Part shown: in pieces, positions 37,040 through 47,147 of the stretch
Position numbering within the stretch: the stretch's first letter is position 1
Layout of the letters: every line of letters begins with the position of its first letter
Made by a program: the position numbers and the translations under genes
The notes under the pieces: model-generated
The model's input: only the letters and a program-made list of their open reading frames with translations
Told to the model about the DNA's origin: nothing
Databases searched by the model: none
NCBI GenBank assembly: GCA_964648665.1
Contig: CAZYOA010000001.1
Span: forward strand, 112,128 to 176,127
Direction of reading: 5' to 3'
Origin: an uncultured Planctomycetales bacterium
GTDB taxonomy: Bacteria > Omnitrophota > Gorgyraeia > Zapsychrales > Aceulaceae
Length of the DNA stretch: 64,000 bases

Positions 37040-38713
37040 ATGCTAGCAAACTTTAAGATTCAACTACAAGATTTAATTCAAACATCGCTTCAAGGATCCC
37101 TAAAGGGTTCCTTTGAGCTTCCTTCTGTTGTTCTAGATAAACCTAAAGAAAAAACACATGGAGACTTTTCTTGTAATGTTGCGTTGCGATGTGCAAAGAT
37201 TTTAAAGAAAAATCCTGTTGCAATTGCGAAAGAGTTTGAAGAGCTTATCATAAAAGCTTTAGAGATTTCTCCTTTGAAAGCTAAAATCAAGTGCGTTGAT
37301 GTTAAGGCGCCAGGGTTTATCAATTTCTTTTTATCTAGTGAATCTTATTCTGATATTCTCGAAGACATTTTAAATGTTGGAAGTAAATTTGGAAAATCTG
37401 ATTTAGGAAAAGGGCAAAAGATTCAGATTGAATTTGTTTCGGCAAATCCAACGGGACCTTTAACAGTTGCGCATGCACGTCAAGCGGCTGTTGGAGATGC
37501 TCTTGGCAATATATTGAATTTCTTAGGATACGATGTTACTAAAGAATATTATATTAATGATGAAGGTAATCAAATTAAAATTTTAGGTCGATCGATTTTT
37601 CTAAGAGCTCAAGAGCTTTTGGGTAGCCCTATTGATTTTCCTGAAGATCATTATCAAGGTGACTATATCAAGACTATTGCAAGTTTATTTTTAGAGAAGA
37701 ATCAAGTTAAAGATATTGATGCGCTTTTAAAGAGACGAGAGAAAGATTTTGAAAAGTTTGGCGTTGATTATCTTTTGTGTGAAATAAAAAATGATCTTAA
37801 AAATTTTGGTGTTGAATTTGATGTATGGACATCACAGGCTAAAGTTGCGACACAAGATAGTATTAAAGATGCGCTAAAAGCGATAGAGGAAAAAGGATAT
37901 ATTTATCAGAAGGATGATGCAACGTGGTTTCGTACAACGGATTTAGGTGACGACAAGGATCGTGTTGTTAAAAAGTCAGATGGCCAATATACGTATTTAT
38001 CGCCAGACATCGCGTATCATAAGAATAAATTTGAACGTGGTTTTAATCGCGTTATTAATATCCTGGGCCCAGATCATCATGGATATATCCCAAGGCTGAA
38101 GGCAGCTGTTTGCGCTCTTGGATATGATCCAAAAAATTTAGATGTTTTGATTGTTCAGTTAGCAACACTTTATCGACAAGGAAAGCCTTTGTCTATGTCG
38201 ACGCGCAAGGGTGAGTTTATTAGTCTTCGCGAAGTTATTGATGAGGTGGGTGTTGATGTATCGCGCTTTTTCTTTCTGATGCGTCATATTAAAATTCATT
38301 TGGATTTTGATTTAGAACTCGCTAAAGAACAATCACCAGAAAATCCTGTTTATTATATTCAGTATGCGCATGCGCGCATTAAAAGTATTTTTATTAAAGC
38401 TAAGGAACAAAACCTAAAAGCTTCAAAGGCAAAATTTTTATCTCTTCAGACTCCTGAAGAGATTGAATTGATTCAGAAAATGGCTTCATTCGAAGATGCG
38501 CTTAGTATATGTTTGGCTCAGCTTGATCCGTTTGGCATGGTTTCTTACTTAATGGATTTGGCAGGTTGCTTTCATAAGTTTTATGATAAACATAAGGTTG
38601 TTTGTGATGATTCAAAATTATCATCTGAACGACTTGCTCTTCTCGAGGCTGCTCGAATTGTTTTTGCTAATGGATTAAAGCTTTTAGGTGTTAGCGTTCC
38701 AGAAAAGATGTAG
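37040..38713 (+). CDS. argS: Arginine--tRNA ligase
   Basis: Class I HIGH-region equivalent (SANPTGPLTVAHAR), MSTRKG (KMSKS-like), and a C-terminal anticodon-binding domain. 557 aa. Confidence 0.95.
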   Translation: MLANFKIQLQDLIQTSLQGSLKGSFELPSVVLDKPKEKTHGDFSCNVALRCAKILKKNPVAIAKEFEELIIKALEISPLKAKIKCVDVKAPGFINFFLSSESYSDILEDILNVGSKFGKSDLGKGQKIQIEFVSANPTGPLTVAHARQAAVGDALGNILNFLGYDVTKEYYINDEGNQIKILGRSIFLRAQELLGSPIDFPEDHYQGDYIKTIASLFLEKNQVKDIDALLKRREKDFEKFGVDYLLCEIKNDLKNFGVEFDVWTSQAKVATQDSIKDALKAIEEKGYIYQKDDATWFRTTDLGDDKDRVVKKSDGQYTYLSPDIAYHKNKFERGFNRVINILGPDHHGYIPRLKAAVCALGYDPKNLDVLIVQLATLYRQGKPLSMSTRKGEFISLREVIDEVGVDVSRFFFLMRHIKIHLDFDLELAKEQSPENPVYYIQYAHARIKSIFIKAKEQNLKASKAKFLSLQTPEEIELIQKMASFEDALSICLAQLDPFGMVSYLMDLAGCFHKFYDKHKVVCDDSKLSSERLALLEAARIVFANGLKLLGVSVPEKM

Positions 38714-38714
38714 T

Positions 38715-40397
38715 ATGCTTAAGAAATGGATTGTTAAAACACCTAATCCTCACCTTCAAATTCAGCTAAGCGATGCATTGGGTGTCCATCCTGTTGTTTC
38801 CCAGCTTTTAATTAATCGTTGTATTGAAACGCCTCAACAAGCTAAAGAATTTTTGTCTAGCGATTTTAAAGATCTGCATGATCCTTTTTTATTAAAAGAT
38901 ATGGATAAGGCTGTTGAACGTATCAAGCAAGCAAAAGAAAACAATGAAACCATTCTTATTTTTGGGGATTATGATGTTGACGGTGTTACGTCATCAACGA
39001 TTTTAATAAAAGCTATTAAAAAGATGGGAATTAAAGTTTTAAATCATATTCCACATCGAATGACAGATGGTTATGGGCTTAATCATGAAATTGCAAAAAA
39101 AGCTAAGTCTAAGGGCGTGAGCCTTTTAATTTCGGTTGATTGTGGAATAAGTGCAATTGATGAGGCGCAAACTTTAAAGCAAGAAGGTATTGATCTTATC
39201 ATCATTGATCATCACGAGCCTTTGGGTGGAAAGATTCCTGAGGCTATTGCTGTTATTGATCCAAAGCGTAAAGATTGTTCGTATCCGTTTGGAGGGTTGG
39301 CTGCTGTTGCTTTAGCGTTTAAACTTGCGCAGGCTTTGCATGGGAAGCAGTATATTGATGATCTTGATTTGGTTGCTTTGGGTACAATTGCTGACATTGC
39401 TCCTCTTCATGGAGAAAACCGTATTTTTGTAAAGTCAGGTTTGCCGTTTATTCAAAAAACAAAAAACTTTGGACTTCAAGCTTTGCTTCAAGGCGCGCGT
39501 ATTGGAAAAAAGAAATTAACGCCAAGGCATGTTGGTTTTATATTAGGTCCACGCATTAATGCTATGGGGCGTATTGATTCTGCGCAGAGATCGCTTGATC
39601 TTCTTTTGAGTGAAAGTTTAGAAGAAGCGATTGGCATGGCGCAAGTTTTAGAAGATTATAATCGCCAAAGACAAAAAACACAAACGTCAGTTGTTGATGC
39701 CGCATTAAAAAAAGTTGAGCAAGAAATTAATTTTAAAGAAGAACGCGTTATTATCGTCGGAGAAAAAGGATGGCACAAGGGCGTTGTTGGTATTGTTGCA
39801 TCAAGAATTATGGATACGTATTATAGACCTACGATTGTTTTATCTATTGAGGATGGTGTTGCAACGGGATCTGCGCGTTCGATTAAAGGATTTCATCTTT
39901 TTGATGCGCTAAGTGAGTGTTCATCTTTACTTGAAAATTATGGCGGGCATAAATATGCTGCAGGGTTAACTATAAAAGAAGAAAAGATTCCTGAATTGCG
40001 TAAGAAAATTAATGAGATTGCTAGGGATGTTTTGACTCCTGAAGATCTTGTGCCAAGTCTTTCTATTGATTGCGAGATTCCTCTTGCAAGTGTGAACATG
40101 GAATTGGTTGAGCTTGTGAATCGCCTCGAACCTTATGGAGAAGGAAATCCTGAGCCTATATTTTGTTCACGCTCTGTTACTGTAAAAAGTCCTCCGGTTG
40201 TTTTAGGGAGAGGGACTTTGAAATTTTGGGTAACAGATGGAATTAATGTTTTTTCAGCTGTTGGATTTGGTATGGAGTCTTATCGAGAGATTGTTAATCA
40301 AGGAAAAAAGATAGACCTTGCTTATAAAGTTTCGATTGATGATTGGAATAAAAAGCCGACAGTTCAATTAGAATTAAAAGATATTAAAGAAGTTTAA
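38715..40397 (+). CDS. recJ: Single-stranded-DNA-specific exonuclease RecJ
   Basis: DHH motifs (IFGDYDVDGVTS, DCGI, IIIDHH) and a DHHA1 region (GGHKYAAG). Start moved to Met at 38715, just after the argS stop. Confidence 0.9.
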   Translation: MLKKWIVKTPNPHLQIQLSDALGVHPVVSQLLINRCIETPQQAKEFLSSDFKDLHDPFLLKDMDKAVERIKQAKENNETILIFGDYDVDGVTSSTILIKAIKKMGIKVLNHIPHRMTDGYGLNHEIAKKAKSKGVSLLISVDCGISAIDEAQTLKQEGIDLIIIDHHEPLGGKIPEAIAVIDPKRKDCSYPFGGLAAVALAFKLAQALHGKQYIDDLDLVALGTIADIAPLHGENRIFVKSGLPFIQKTKNFGLQALLQGARIGKKKLTPRHVGFILGPRINAMGRIDSAQRSLDLLLSESLEEAIGMAQVLEDYNRQRQKTQTSVVDAALKKVEQEINFKEERVIIVGEKGWHKGVVGIVASRIMDTYYRPTIVLSIEDGVATGSARSIKGFHLFDALSECSSLLENYGGHKYAAGLTIKEEKIPELRKKINEIARDVLTPEDLVPSLSIDCEIPLASVNMELVELVNRLEPYGEGNPEPIFCSRSVTVKSPPVVLGRGTLKFWVTDGINVFSAVGFGMESYREIVNQGKKIDLAYKVSIDDWNKKPTVQLELKDIKEV

Positions 40398-40469
40398 GTT
40401 TGCAGAGTGAAGCGATGCAAATTTTAGCTGAGATTATTCTGAATTTGTTTTAACAAAGAAGTAAAGAAG

Positions 40470-40700
40470 CTATTTAGCTTTTGTAATTTTTCCGCACTTG
40501 ATACATTTCGTACAGACAGAAGCTTTTTTGTTGGAGCCGTTTAGGACAATTCTAATATTCTGGAGATTTGGAGTAAACGTGCGTGGAGACTTTCCGACGA
40601 TTTTTTGACCTGCACCGCCTTTTCGCACTGCCATACCGCGTCTTTTGTATTTACGTCCAGCTACTGCGGTCTTTCCACAGATTTCACATATTTGTGCCAT
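40470..40700 (-). CDS. rpmB: 50S ribosomal protein L28
   Basis: MAQICEICGKTAVAGRKYKRRG......TFTPNLQNIRIV....VCTKCIKCGK. The L28 pattern begins at the internal Met of the 102-aa track ORF. Confidence 0.85.
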   Translation of the reverse strand: MAQICEICGKTAVAGRKYKRRGMAVRKGGAGQKIVGKSPRTFTPNLQNIRIVLNGSNKKASVCTKCIKCGKITKAK

Positions 40701-40879
40701 AATTTTTCCTTTAATTAATAACTCCCACTTTGGTGCGGGGTAGAAATAGAAGTATACTAAAAAATGACAGTTTGTCAAGAGGGAAATTCTTAGGATTTCT
40801 CAAAACTAAAGTTTTTTTATTGAGCGATATCTGTTATAATTTTTTTATTAGAAATCTTAAAAATAGAAAGTAGGAGAAT

Positions 40880-41071
40880 ATGAAAAGAAAATTAATTTGG
40901 ATTCTTATTGGTCTTTTAATTTTGGGAACTATTGCTACTGTTTTTGTTAGGCGCTCAATGTGCATGGCCACATGCATTGAGAATTTTGAAGGCGCTTATC
41001 CTGAAATTGCTTGTAAATATGAATGCTCCGTTTTAAACAAGTTTAAGAAACCTTCAAAGATTGTGAAATAA
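40880..41071 (+). CDS. Small membrane-anchored Cys-containing hypothetical protein
   Basis: 63 aa, AGGAG RBS, one TM segment (LIWILIGLLILGTIATVFV), four Cys in the soluble part. Confidence 0.45.
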   Translation: MKRKLIWILIGLLILGTIATVFVRRSMCMATCIENFEGAYPEIACKYECSVLNKFKKPSKIVK

Positions 41072-41079
41072 TTTTAGAT

Positions 41080-43995
41080 ATGCCTAGTTCTGCCGCTTCA
41101 AATCTTAATTCTGAACAAAAGAAATCTGTTGTTCATGGTGATGGTCCGCTTCTCATTATTGCAGGAGCGGGAACCGGAAAAACAACTGTAATTACGCAAC
41201 GCATTGCTCATTTGATTGTGGATAAGAAGGTGAAGCCAAGTGAAATATTGGCTCTAACGTTTACAGATAAAGCTGCTTACCAAATGCAAGAAAAAGTAGA
41301 CGTTCTTGTTCCTTATGGATTTACGGATACTTGGATCTCAACATTTCATTCTTTTGGTGATCGAATTCTTAGAGAAAATGCGCTAGAAATTGGTCTTGAT
41401 CCAGATTTTAAAGTTTTAACACGTCCTCAGGCCGCAGTCTTTTTTCAGGAAAATCTTTTCAAATTTAAATTAGAATATTTTCGTCCTTTAGGAAATCCAA
41501 CAAAATTTGTTGATGCGATGATTTCGTTATTTTCACGTGCTCGCGATGAAGATGTTTCAACTAAAGAATATTTGGCTTATGCTCAAGGATTAAATATCGC
41601 ATCCTTAGAAAATCCTAAAGATGATGCATTAAAAGAAGAGTCTCAAAGGCAAATGGAGCTTGCGCGTTGCTATCAGGGGTATCGAGATTTATTGATTAAA
41701 GAAGGAAAGCTTGATTTTGCAAATCAATTTTATTTGGCGCTAAAACTTTTGCGCGAGCATCCAAGTGTATTAAAAAGATATCAAAATCAGTTTCGTTATA
41801 TTTTAGTGGATGAATTTCAGGATACGAATTATGCGCAATTTGAACTTGTTAAAATTTTAGCTGGAGCCCATCGTAATTTAACAGTTGTGGCTGATGATGA
41901 TCAGTCTATTTATAAATGGCGAGGGGCGGCTGTTAGTAATATTTTAAATTTTGTGGATCTTTATCCGGAGAGCGAGAAAATAGCTTTAACGCAAAATTAT
42001 CGCTCAACACAAAAGATTTTAGATTCATCATATCGATTGATTTTAAATAACAATCCCGATCGATTTGAAGTTCAAGCTAAGATTGATAAGAAATTGGTTG
42101 CTCAAGATAAAGCTGGGCAAGAGCCAAAGCATATGCATTTTGATACGTTGTCGGCTGAATCAGATTGGGTTTCAGAGTATATCGATCAATGTGTAAAAGA
42201 TAAGAAATATGCATATAATGACTTTGTAATTCTTGTTCGTTCAAATGCGAGTGCAGATCCTTTTATTCGGGCACTTAATATGCGTAACATTCCATGGCAG
42301 TTTAGCGGGAATCAAGGTTTGTATTCTTTACGAGAAGTGCGTTTGTGTATTTCATTTTTGAGGGTTGTTGCTAATCCTGCGGATTCCTTAAGCTTATTTT
42401 ATTTGGCGACGTCTGATATTTACAATATTCCGATTGTTGAGTTGACGCAGGTAATGCATTGTGCGAGACGAAGACGTTGGGATTTATTTTTTATTTTAAA
42501 GCATCTTGATCAAGCGGAAGAACTTTCAAACTTATCTGATGATTTCTCAGAAAAGAAAGAGTCTTTTTTAAAGGAGATCGAAGGATTTATAGAGTCTTCA
42601 AAAGATTATACAACGGGAAGATTGTTGTACACGTTTTTAATGCAAACAGGTTTTGTTGCAGGCCTTGTTAAAGAACAAAATGAAAAGAATGAAGATATTT
42701 TAAGAAATATTGCAAAGTTTTTTGATGTTGTAAAAGATTTTGAGCATGTCACAAATGAAGATCGTGTTTTATATTTTATTCAATATTTAGAAATGATGAT
42801 TAATGTTGGTGATGACCCTGCTGTTGCTGAAGCAGATATTGATTCATCGGCGGTTCATGTGATGACATTTCACAAGGCTAAGGGCTTAGAGTTTCCTGTT
42901 GTTTTTATGGTGAGTTTGATCGAAAAGAAATTTCCGTGTTTGAAAAGAAGTGATCCGATTGAACTTCCTGGTGACTTAATTAAAGATACTTTACCTTTAG
43001 GTAATTTTCATATTCAGGAAGAAAGAAGACTTTTTTATGTTGGCATGACGCGAGCGCAAAAAGAATTGTTTTTGACATCAGCAGTGGATTACGGAACAAA
43101 GCAACCTCGCAAGGTAAGCCGTTTTGTCGCCGAATCAGTTCAAGAGAAAAGAGATGTAGAAACAATTAAGACAAGTGCTTTGCAAGCTATTGAGAGAAAT
43201 GCGCCAAATGATAGTTTGGCGAGTTCTAGAAAAATGATAATTGAAGATGATCAAATTTTAAAATTAAATTATTATCAGATTGATGATTATTTAACATGTC
43301 CGTTGAAGTATAAATATATTCATATTCTACGCGTTCCGCTCATGACACATCATACGATTGCATATGGCAAAGCTCTTCATGATGCTGTTCAGCTTTATCA
43401 TCAGAGAAAGATGGAAAATAAAATTGTCTGTGCGGATGATGTTATTTCTGCTTTTGAGAATTCATTTAAAAAACAAGGATTTCTTTCTAGGGAGCATATT
43501 GAGCTTCGTGTTTCGAATGCAAAGAAAGCACTTAAGAATTTTTATGATCAGCAGGAGAATTTAAAAGTTATTCCTTCATTTGTTGAAAAAGAATTTTCAT
43601 TTATGATTGAAAAGAGTCGTATTGTTGGCCGATGGGATCGCGTTGATGTTATTAATGGCAAAGCAACAGTGATTGATTTTAAATCGTCTGAAATAAAAAA
43701 ACAGGAAGACGCAGATAAAAAAGCAAAGGGAAATCTTCAGCTTAATCTATATAGTCTTGCTTATGAAAGAATGGCAGGAGCTCTTCCTGTGTTTAAAGAG
43801 CTACATTTTTTAGAAACAGGACTAATCGGTCGATCAAAGGTTACGGATAAGGATATTGAAAAAGTTTTTAAAGCTGTTGATGAAGCTTCGTGTGGCATTC
43901 GAAAGGCAAGCTATGATCCAAAACCAGGATATTTGTCATGTCTATATTGTGCATATAATCAAATTTGTCCGAAAGCTGAAATTAAAGGGCTTTAG
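41080..43995 (+). CDS. UvrD/PcrA-family helicase fused to a C-terminal Cas4/AddB-type PD-(D/E)XK nuclease with a Cys cluster
   Basis: Walker A AGAGTGKTT, motif II VDEFQDTN, and the C-terminal nuclease core GRWDRVD....VIDFKSS. The four Cys are C..(CPLKY) plus CLYCAYNQIC (CxxCx5C), typical of the Fe-S nuclease domain. Confidence 0.85.
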   Translation: MPSSAASNLNSEQKKSVVHGDGPLLIIAGAGTGKTTVITQRIAHLIVDKKVKPSEILALTFTDKAAYQMQEKVDVLVPYGFTDTWISTFHSFGDRILRENALEIGLDPDFKVLTRPQAAVFFQENLFKFKLEYFRPLGNPTKFVDAMISLFSRARDEDVSTKEYLAYAQGLNIASLENPKDDALKEESQRQMELARCYQGYRDLLIKEGKLDFANQFYLALKLLREHPSVLKRYQNQFRYILVDEFQDTNYAQFELVKILAGAHRNLTVVADDDQSIYKWRGAAVSNILNFVDLYPESEKIALTQNYRSTQKILDSSYRLILNNNPDRFEVQAKIDKKLVAQDKAGQEPKHMHFDTLSAESDWVSEYIDQCVKDKKYAYNDFVILVRSNASADPFIRALNMRNIPWQFSGNQGLYSLREVRLCISFLRVVANPADSLSLFYLATSDIYNIPIVELTQVMHCARRRRWDLFFILKHLDQAEELSNLSDDFSEKKESFLKEIEGFIESSKDYTTGRLLYTFLMQTGFVAGLVKEQNEKNEDILRNIAKFFDVVKDFEHVTNEDRVLYFIQYLEMMINVGDDPAVAEADIDSSAVHVMTFHKAKGLEFPVVFMVSLIEKKFPCLKRSDPIELPGDLIKDTLPLGNFHIQEERRLFYVGMTRAQKELFLTSAVDYGTKQPRKVSRFVAESVQEKRDVETIKTSALQAIERNAPNDSLASSRKMIIEDDQILKLNYYQIDDYLTCPLKYKYIHILRVPLMTHHTIAYGKALHDAVQLYHQRKMENKIVCADDVISAFENSFKKQGFLSREHIELRVSNAKKALKNFYDQQENLKVIPSFVEKEFSFMIEKSRIVGRWDRVDVINGKATVIDFKSSEIKKQEDADKKAKGNLQLNLYSLAYERMAGALPVFKELHFLETGLIGRSKVTDKDIEKVFKAVDEASCGIRKASYDPKPGYLSCLYCAYNQICPKAEIKGL

Positions 43996-43998
43996 ACC

Positions 43999-44280
43999 AT
44001 GATTGAGAATTTGGACGAAGGCCGATATGATTTGCTTCAATCTGAGCAAGAAAAAGACTGGGAAAGTAGATGTTTTCATTGTGGCGCATGTTGTGGAACT
44101 AAAGATGGAGATCCTTGTGAGCATTTGCACATGAGTAAGGAGGGAACGTCTCGTTGTGATATTTATAAAAATCGCTTTGGACTTCACAAGACAAAAAGTG
44201 GGCGCGAATTTAGGTGTGTTCCTATCAGAGATATTCTTCACAAAAATTGGCCAGGGGATCACCGGTGTGCATATAAATAA
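43999..44280 (+). CDS. YkgJ-family (CxxCxxCC) cysteine-cluster protein
   Basis: 93 aa containing CFHCGACCG plus further Cys/His residues. Confidence 0.6.
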   Translation: MIENLDEGRYDLLQSEQEKDWESRCFHCGACCGTKDGDPCEHLHMSKEGTSRCDIYKNRFGLHKTKSGREFRCVPIRDILHKNWPGDHRCAYK

Positions 44281-44289
44281 GCACGAATC

Positions 44290-44318
44290 TTGACAGAATC
44301 TTATTCTCACTCTAGAAT
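44290..44318 (+). promoter_or_regulatory. Sigma-70-like promoter (TTGACA-17-TAGAAT) upstream of the two-component cluster
   Basis: TTGACA at 44290-44295, 17-nt spacer, TAGAAT at 44313-44318. Confidence 0.45.
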
Positions 44319-44447
44319 AACCTTTACTACTAATATAAATAGTTGCAGATGGTGTTACGAAAAAGCGAATATAAGGAAAATTATTGTGAGTTTTACAAAA
44401 GTTTAGTAAGTATGGAAATATAATAACTTAAAAATAGCGGAGGTTGC

Positions 44448-44831
44448 ATGTCTGGAAAAAAAATTGTTATTTTTGATGATGAAGTTGATATGCTGACTGT
44501 AACGGAAACGATTTTAAAAAGTCGTGGTTTTGAAGTTGCGACATTTGATTCATCTAAAAATGCGATTGAAGACATTAAAAGAGAAAAGCCAGATCTCATC
44601 CTCTTGGATATCAACATGCCTCATAAGGACGGCTATCAAGTCTGTGATGAGATTCGCTGTGATGATGAGATTAAGCATATCCCCGTTATTGTATTTACGG
44701 CTCAGCCGATTGAAAAAGATTTGATTGACAAGGCGCATCATTTTTATGGTGCTAATGATTATGTTATCAAACCTTTTGAGTCTGATGATTTAGTTGAGAA
44801 AATTGAAAAGAATATTTCTGAAAACGAGTGA
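44448..44831 (+). CDS. Single-domain response regulator (CheY-like receiver only)
   Basis: 127 aa. DD pair (IFDDEVD), phospho-acceptor context LILLDINMP, and conserved T and K (VFTA, IKPF). Confidence 0.85.
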   Translation: MSGKKIVIFDDEVDMLTVTETILKSRGFEVATFDSSKNAIEDIKREKPDLILLDINMPHKDGYQVCDEIRCDDEIKHIPVIVFTAQPIEKDLIDKAHHFYGANDYVIKPFESDDLVEKIEKNISENE

Positions 44832-45214
44832 TGGAGGAAGTAATGTACAAGATTTTAATTATTGAAGATGATGTGGATCTTGCAACAGTTTTGCAAATGA
44901 ACCTTGTATCTAAGGGGTTTGATGTTTTTGTTGCACACGACGCTATTCAGGGAACAGCGTCAGCACATCAGAAGAAACCAGATTTAATTATTCTAGATAT
45001 TAATTTGCCTGCAGGTGGTGGCTTGTCAATATTGAATAATGTTAAAGCATCTGTAAACACAAAAATGATCCCGATTATTATTTTATCAGGATCAGATGAT
45101 GAAAAGCTTATTCATGATGTTTTGCATGGGGGAGTTGAAGATTATATTAAAAAGCCATATGATCTTGAAGACCTGTGCACGCGTATTAACCATATTCTTC
45201 ATATCGAAAAATAG
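44828..45214 (+). CDS. Single-domain response regulator (receiver only)
   Basis: 128 aa. IIEDDVD, LIILDINLP, ILSG, and KKPY motifs. The start may be the Met at 44843. Confidence 0.85.
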   Translation: MMEEVMYKILIIEDDVDLATVLQMNLVSKGFDVFVAHDAIQGTASAHQKKPDLIILDINLPAGGGLSILNNVKASVNTKMIPIIILSGSDDEKLIHDVLHGGVEDYIKKPYDLEDLCTRINHILHIEK

Positions 45215-45225
45215 TTTCTAAATTT

Positions 45226-47112
45226 ATGCTTAAAAAACTCAAATTAAGACCTAAGTTTTTCCTTTCTCTTGTTGGTATTTCAATCATTCCTCTGGTTTTT
45301 ATTAGTTTGTTCAATTATTTTCATACAAAAGTTGAGCTCAAAGAAAGTACAGTCGCAAATCTTAGAGTAATTAATGATTCGCGCGTAGCTCATATTAATC
45401 AGTTTATTCAATTACGTCAGGAGCAGGCTAAAGAGCTTGCAGGAACGTATGTTATTCGTCAGATTGATCCGCAGGGTGCCAATACGCCAAGAACGGTTCA
45501 AACTCTTCAAAATGATATTGAGTCTATTTATTCGGAAATCAAGAAAACGCCGCGTAGTGATTATCAGGATATTGATGTTTCTTCATCTATTTCTAATATT
45601 AGTGTTTGGGATATTCATGGCAATATTATTGCTAATACAAATCGTTTGCTCATCGGTAGAAAGATGCCGTTTAAGTTTTTGAATATTTTATATAGCAAAG
45701 GAACATATTTTTTAGGATTTGAAAAAGATTCATTAACGAATGAAAAGTTTTTAACAATTTTAGAAGGTGTTCGAAATTGGCAAACTGGAGAATATTCTGG
45801 TGTAGTTTTTTTAAAAAGTCATGCTAATGTGCTTGATGAGATTACAGCTTCGCGAAAAGGTTTGGGAAAAACAGGTGAGACGTATATTGTGAATCGATCA
45901 GGTCTCATGATTACAGAATCAAGATTTGTTAAAGATGCAATTTTAAACTTAAATGTAAAAACAGAAGCTATAGATTTTTGTTTTTCTGGAACTGAGAAAG
46001 ATCCTCCTGAAGTTTATAAAAATTATAAAGGAGAGATTGTTTTAGGTGTTCAGAAATATTTGCCAGATCAGAAGTGGTGTGTCGTGACAGAGATTTCAGC
46101 AGAAGAAGCTTTTGACCCTGTAACGGCATTTCGTAATCGTATTTTTGTTGTTTCAGGATGTTTAATTCTTTTAATTTTATTCTTAGTTCATGTTGCAGGT
46201 CTTGCTTTTGTGCGTCCAATTTTACAAATTCGTGATGCTTCGTTTAAAGTTGCGCGTGGAAACTATGAGGTAACAACAAGTGTTGATAGTGAAGATGAAC
46301 TTTTTGATCTTTCTCGTTCTTTTAATCAAATGACCAAGGTTTTAGGAAGTACAACTGCACAGCTAAAAGAAAAGAATGTAATTTTAGAAAAGCAGAAAGA
46401 AGAGCTTAAGAAATTAAATGAATTAAAATCTGAATTTGTTTCGATGGTTTCTCATGAGTTAAGAACTCCGATGGCAATTATTAAGGGTAGTCTTTCTCAA
46501 TTGGGTGATGAAACGCTTGAAAATACAAAAGAGATTAAAAGTCGTCTAATAACGATTTCGCTTAAAAATATTAAACGCTTAACGGAGATGATTAATAACT
46601 TATTAGATTTGTCAAAAATTGAGGCAGGCAAGATTGAATTGAATCGACAAAATGTTAATGTCGTTAGTGTTCTTAAAGAAGTTTGCCAAGCTTTTGAGAT
46701 TAAGGCTAAAGAAAGTAAAATTGAAATCCGATATCGTGCTTCAAGTGATGAGATTAACGCTTGTATCGATCGTGATAAAATTATTCAGGTTTTTATTAAT
46801 TTAGTTGGCAATGCCATTAAGTTTACAGCAAAAGGATTTATTGAAGTTTCAGCAGAAGATAAAGAGGATCATGTTTTGTGTATGGTTGAAGATTCTGGTC
46901 CTGGAATTTCAAAAGAAGATCTTCAAAAAGTTTTTGGAAAATTCCAGCAATTTGGCCATAAGGCTGTAAGCGATCCATCTATAAAAGGTACAGGGCTTGG
47001 TCTTTCGATTTCTAAGGGGCTGGTTGAACTCCACGGGGGAACAATTTGGCTTGAAAGTGAAGTTGGCGTCGGGACTAAGTTTATGTTTATCTTTCCTAAA
47101 GAAGTATCCTAA
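45226..47112 (+). CDS. Sensor histidine kinase with periplasmic Cache-like sensor, HAMP, HisKA and HATPase domains
   Basis: Two TM segments flank a ~270-aa extracytoplasmic region. H-box SHELRTPM. N, G1 and G2 boxes (NLVGNAIKFT, DSGPGI, GTGLGLSI). Confidence 0.9.
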   Translation: MLKKLKLRPKFFLSLVGISIIPLVFISLFNYFHTKVELKESTVANLRVINDSRVAHINQFIQLRQEQAKELAGTYVIRQIDPQGANTPRTVQTLQNDIESIYSEIKKTPRSDYQDIDVSSSISNISVWDIHGNIIANTNRLLIGRKMPFKFLNILYSKGTYFLGFEKDSLTNEKFLTILEGVRNWQTGEYSGVVFLKSHANVLDEITASRKGLGKTGETYIVNRSGLMITESRFVKDAILNLNVKTEAIDFCFSGTEKDPPEVYKNYKGEIVLGVQKYLPDQKWCVVTEISAEEAFDPVTAFRNRIFVVSGCLILLILFLVHVAGLAFVRPILQIRDASFKVARGNYEVTTSVDSEDELFDLSRSFNQMTKVLGSTTAQLKEKNVILEKQKEELKKLNELKSEFVSMVSHELRTPMAIIKGSLSQLGDETLENTKEIKSRLITISLKNIKRLTEMINNLLDLSKIEAGKIELNRQNVNVVSVLKEVCQAFEIKAKESKIEIRYRASSDEINACIDRDKIIQVFINLVGNAIKFTAKGFIEVSAEDKEDHVLCMVEDSGPGISKEDLQKVFGKFQQFGHKAVSDPSIKGTGLGLSISKGLVELHGGTIWLESEVGVGTKFMFIFPKEVS

Positions 47113-47147
47113 TATTTAAAAGTTTTGTATAGATATATTTTTTAATC

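Noticed and set aside
40399-40426. A possible bidirectional terminator between convergent recJ and rpmB (TTTGCA-N11-TGCAAA followed by TTTT).
   Set aside because: It is only a 6-bp AT-rich stem with an 11-nt loop, too weak to call.
40701-40778. A 26-codon N-terminal extension of the L28 ORF (track ORF 40470-40778).
   Set aside because: The L28 homology begins at the internal Met (MAQICEICGK). The extension is hydrophobic junk (MTNCHFLVYFYFYPAPKW...) and would cover the likely promoter and RBS region.
43942-44310. A 122-aa minus-strand ORF overlapping the helicase 3' end and the YkgJ-like gene.
   Set aside because: The plus-strand reading has recognisable motifs (CxxCxxCC). The minus-strand product has none and would overlap two coupled genes.
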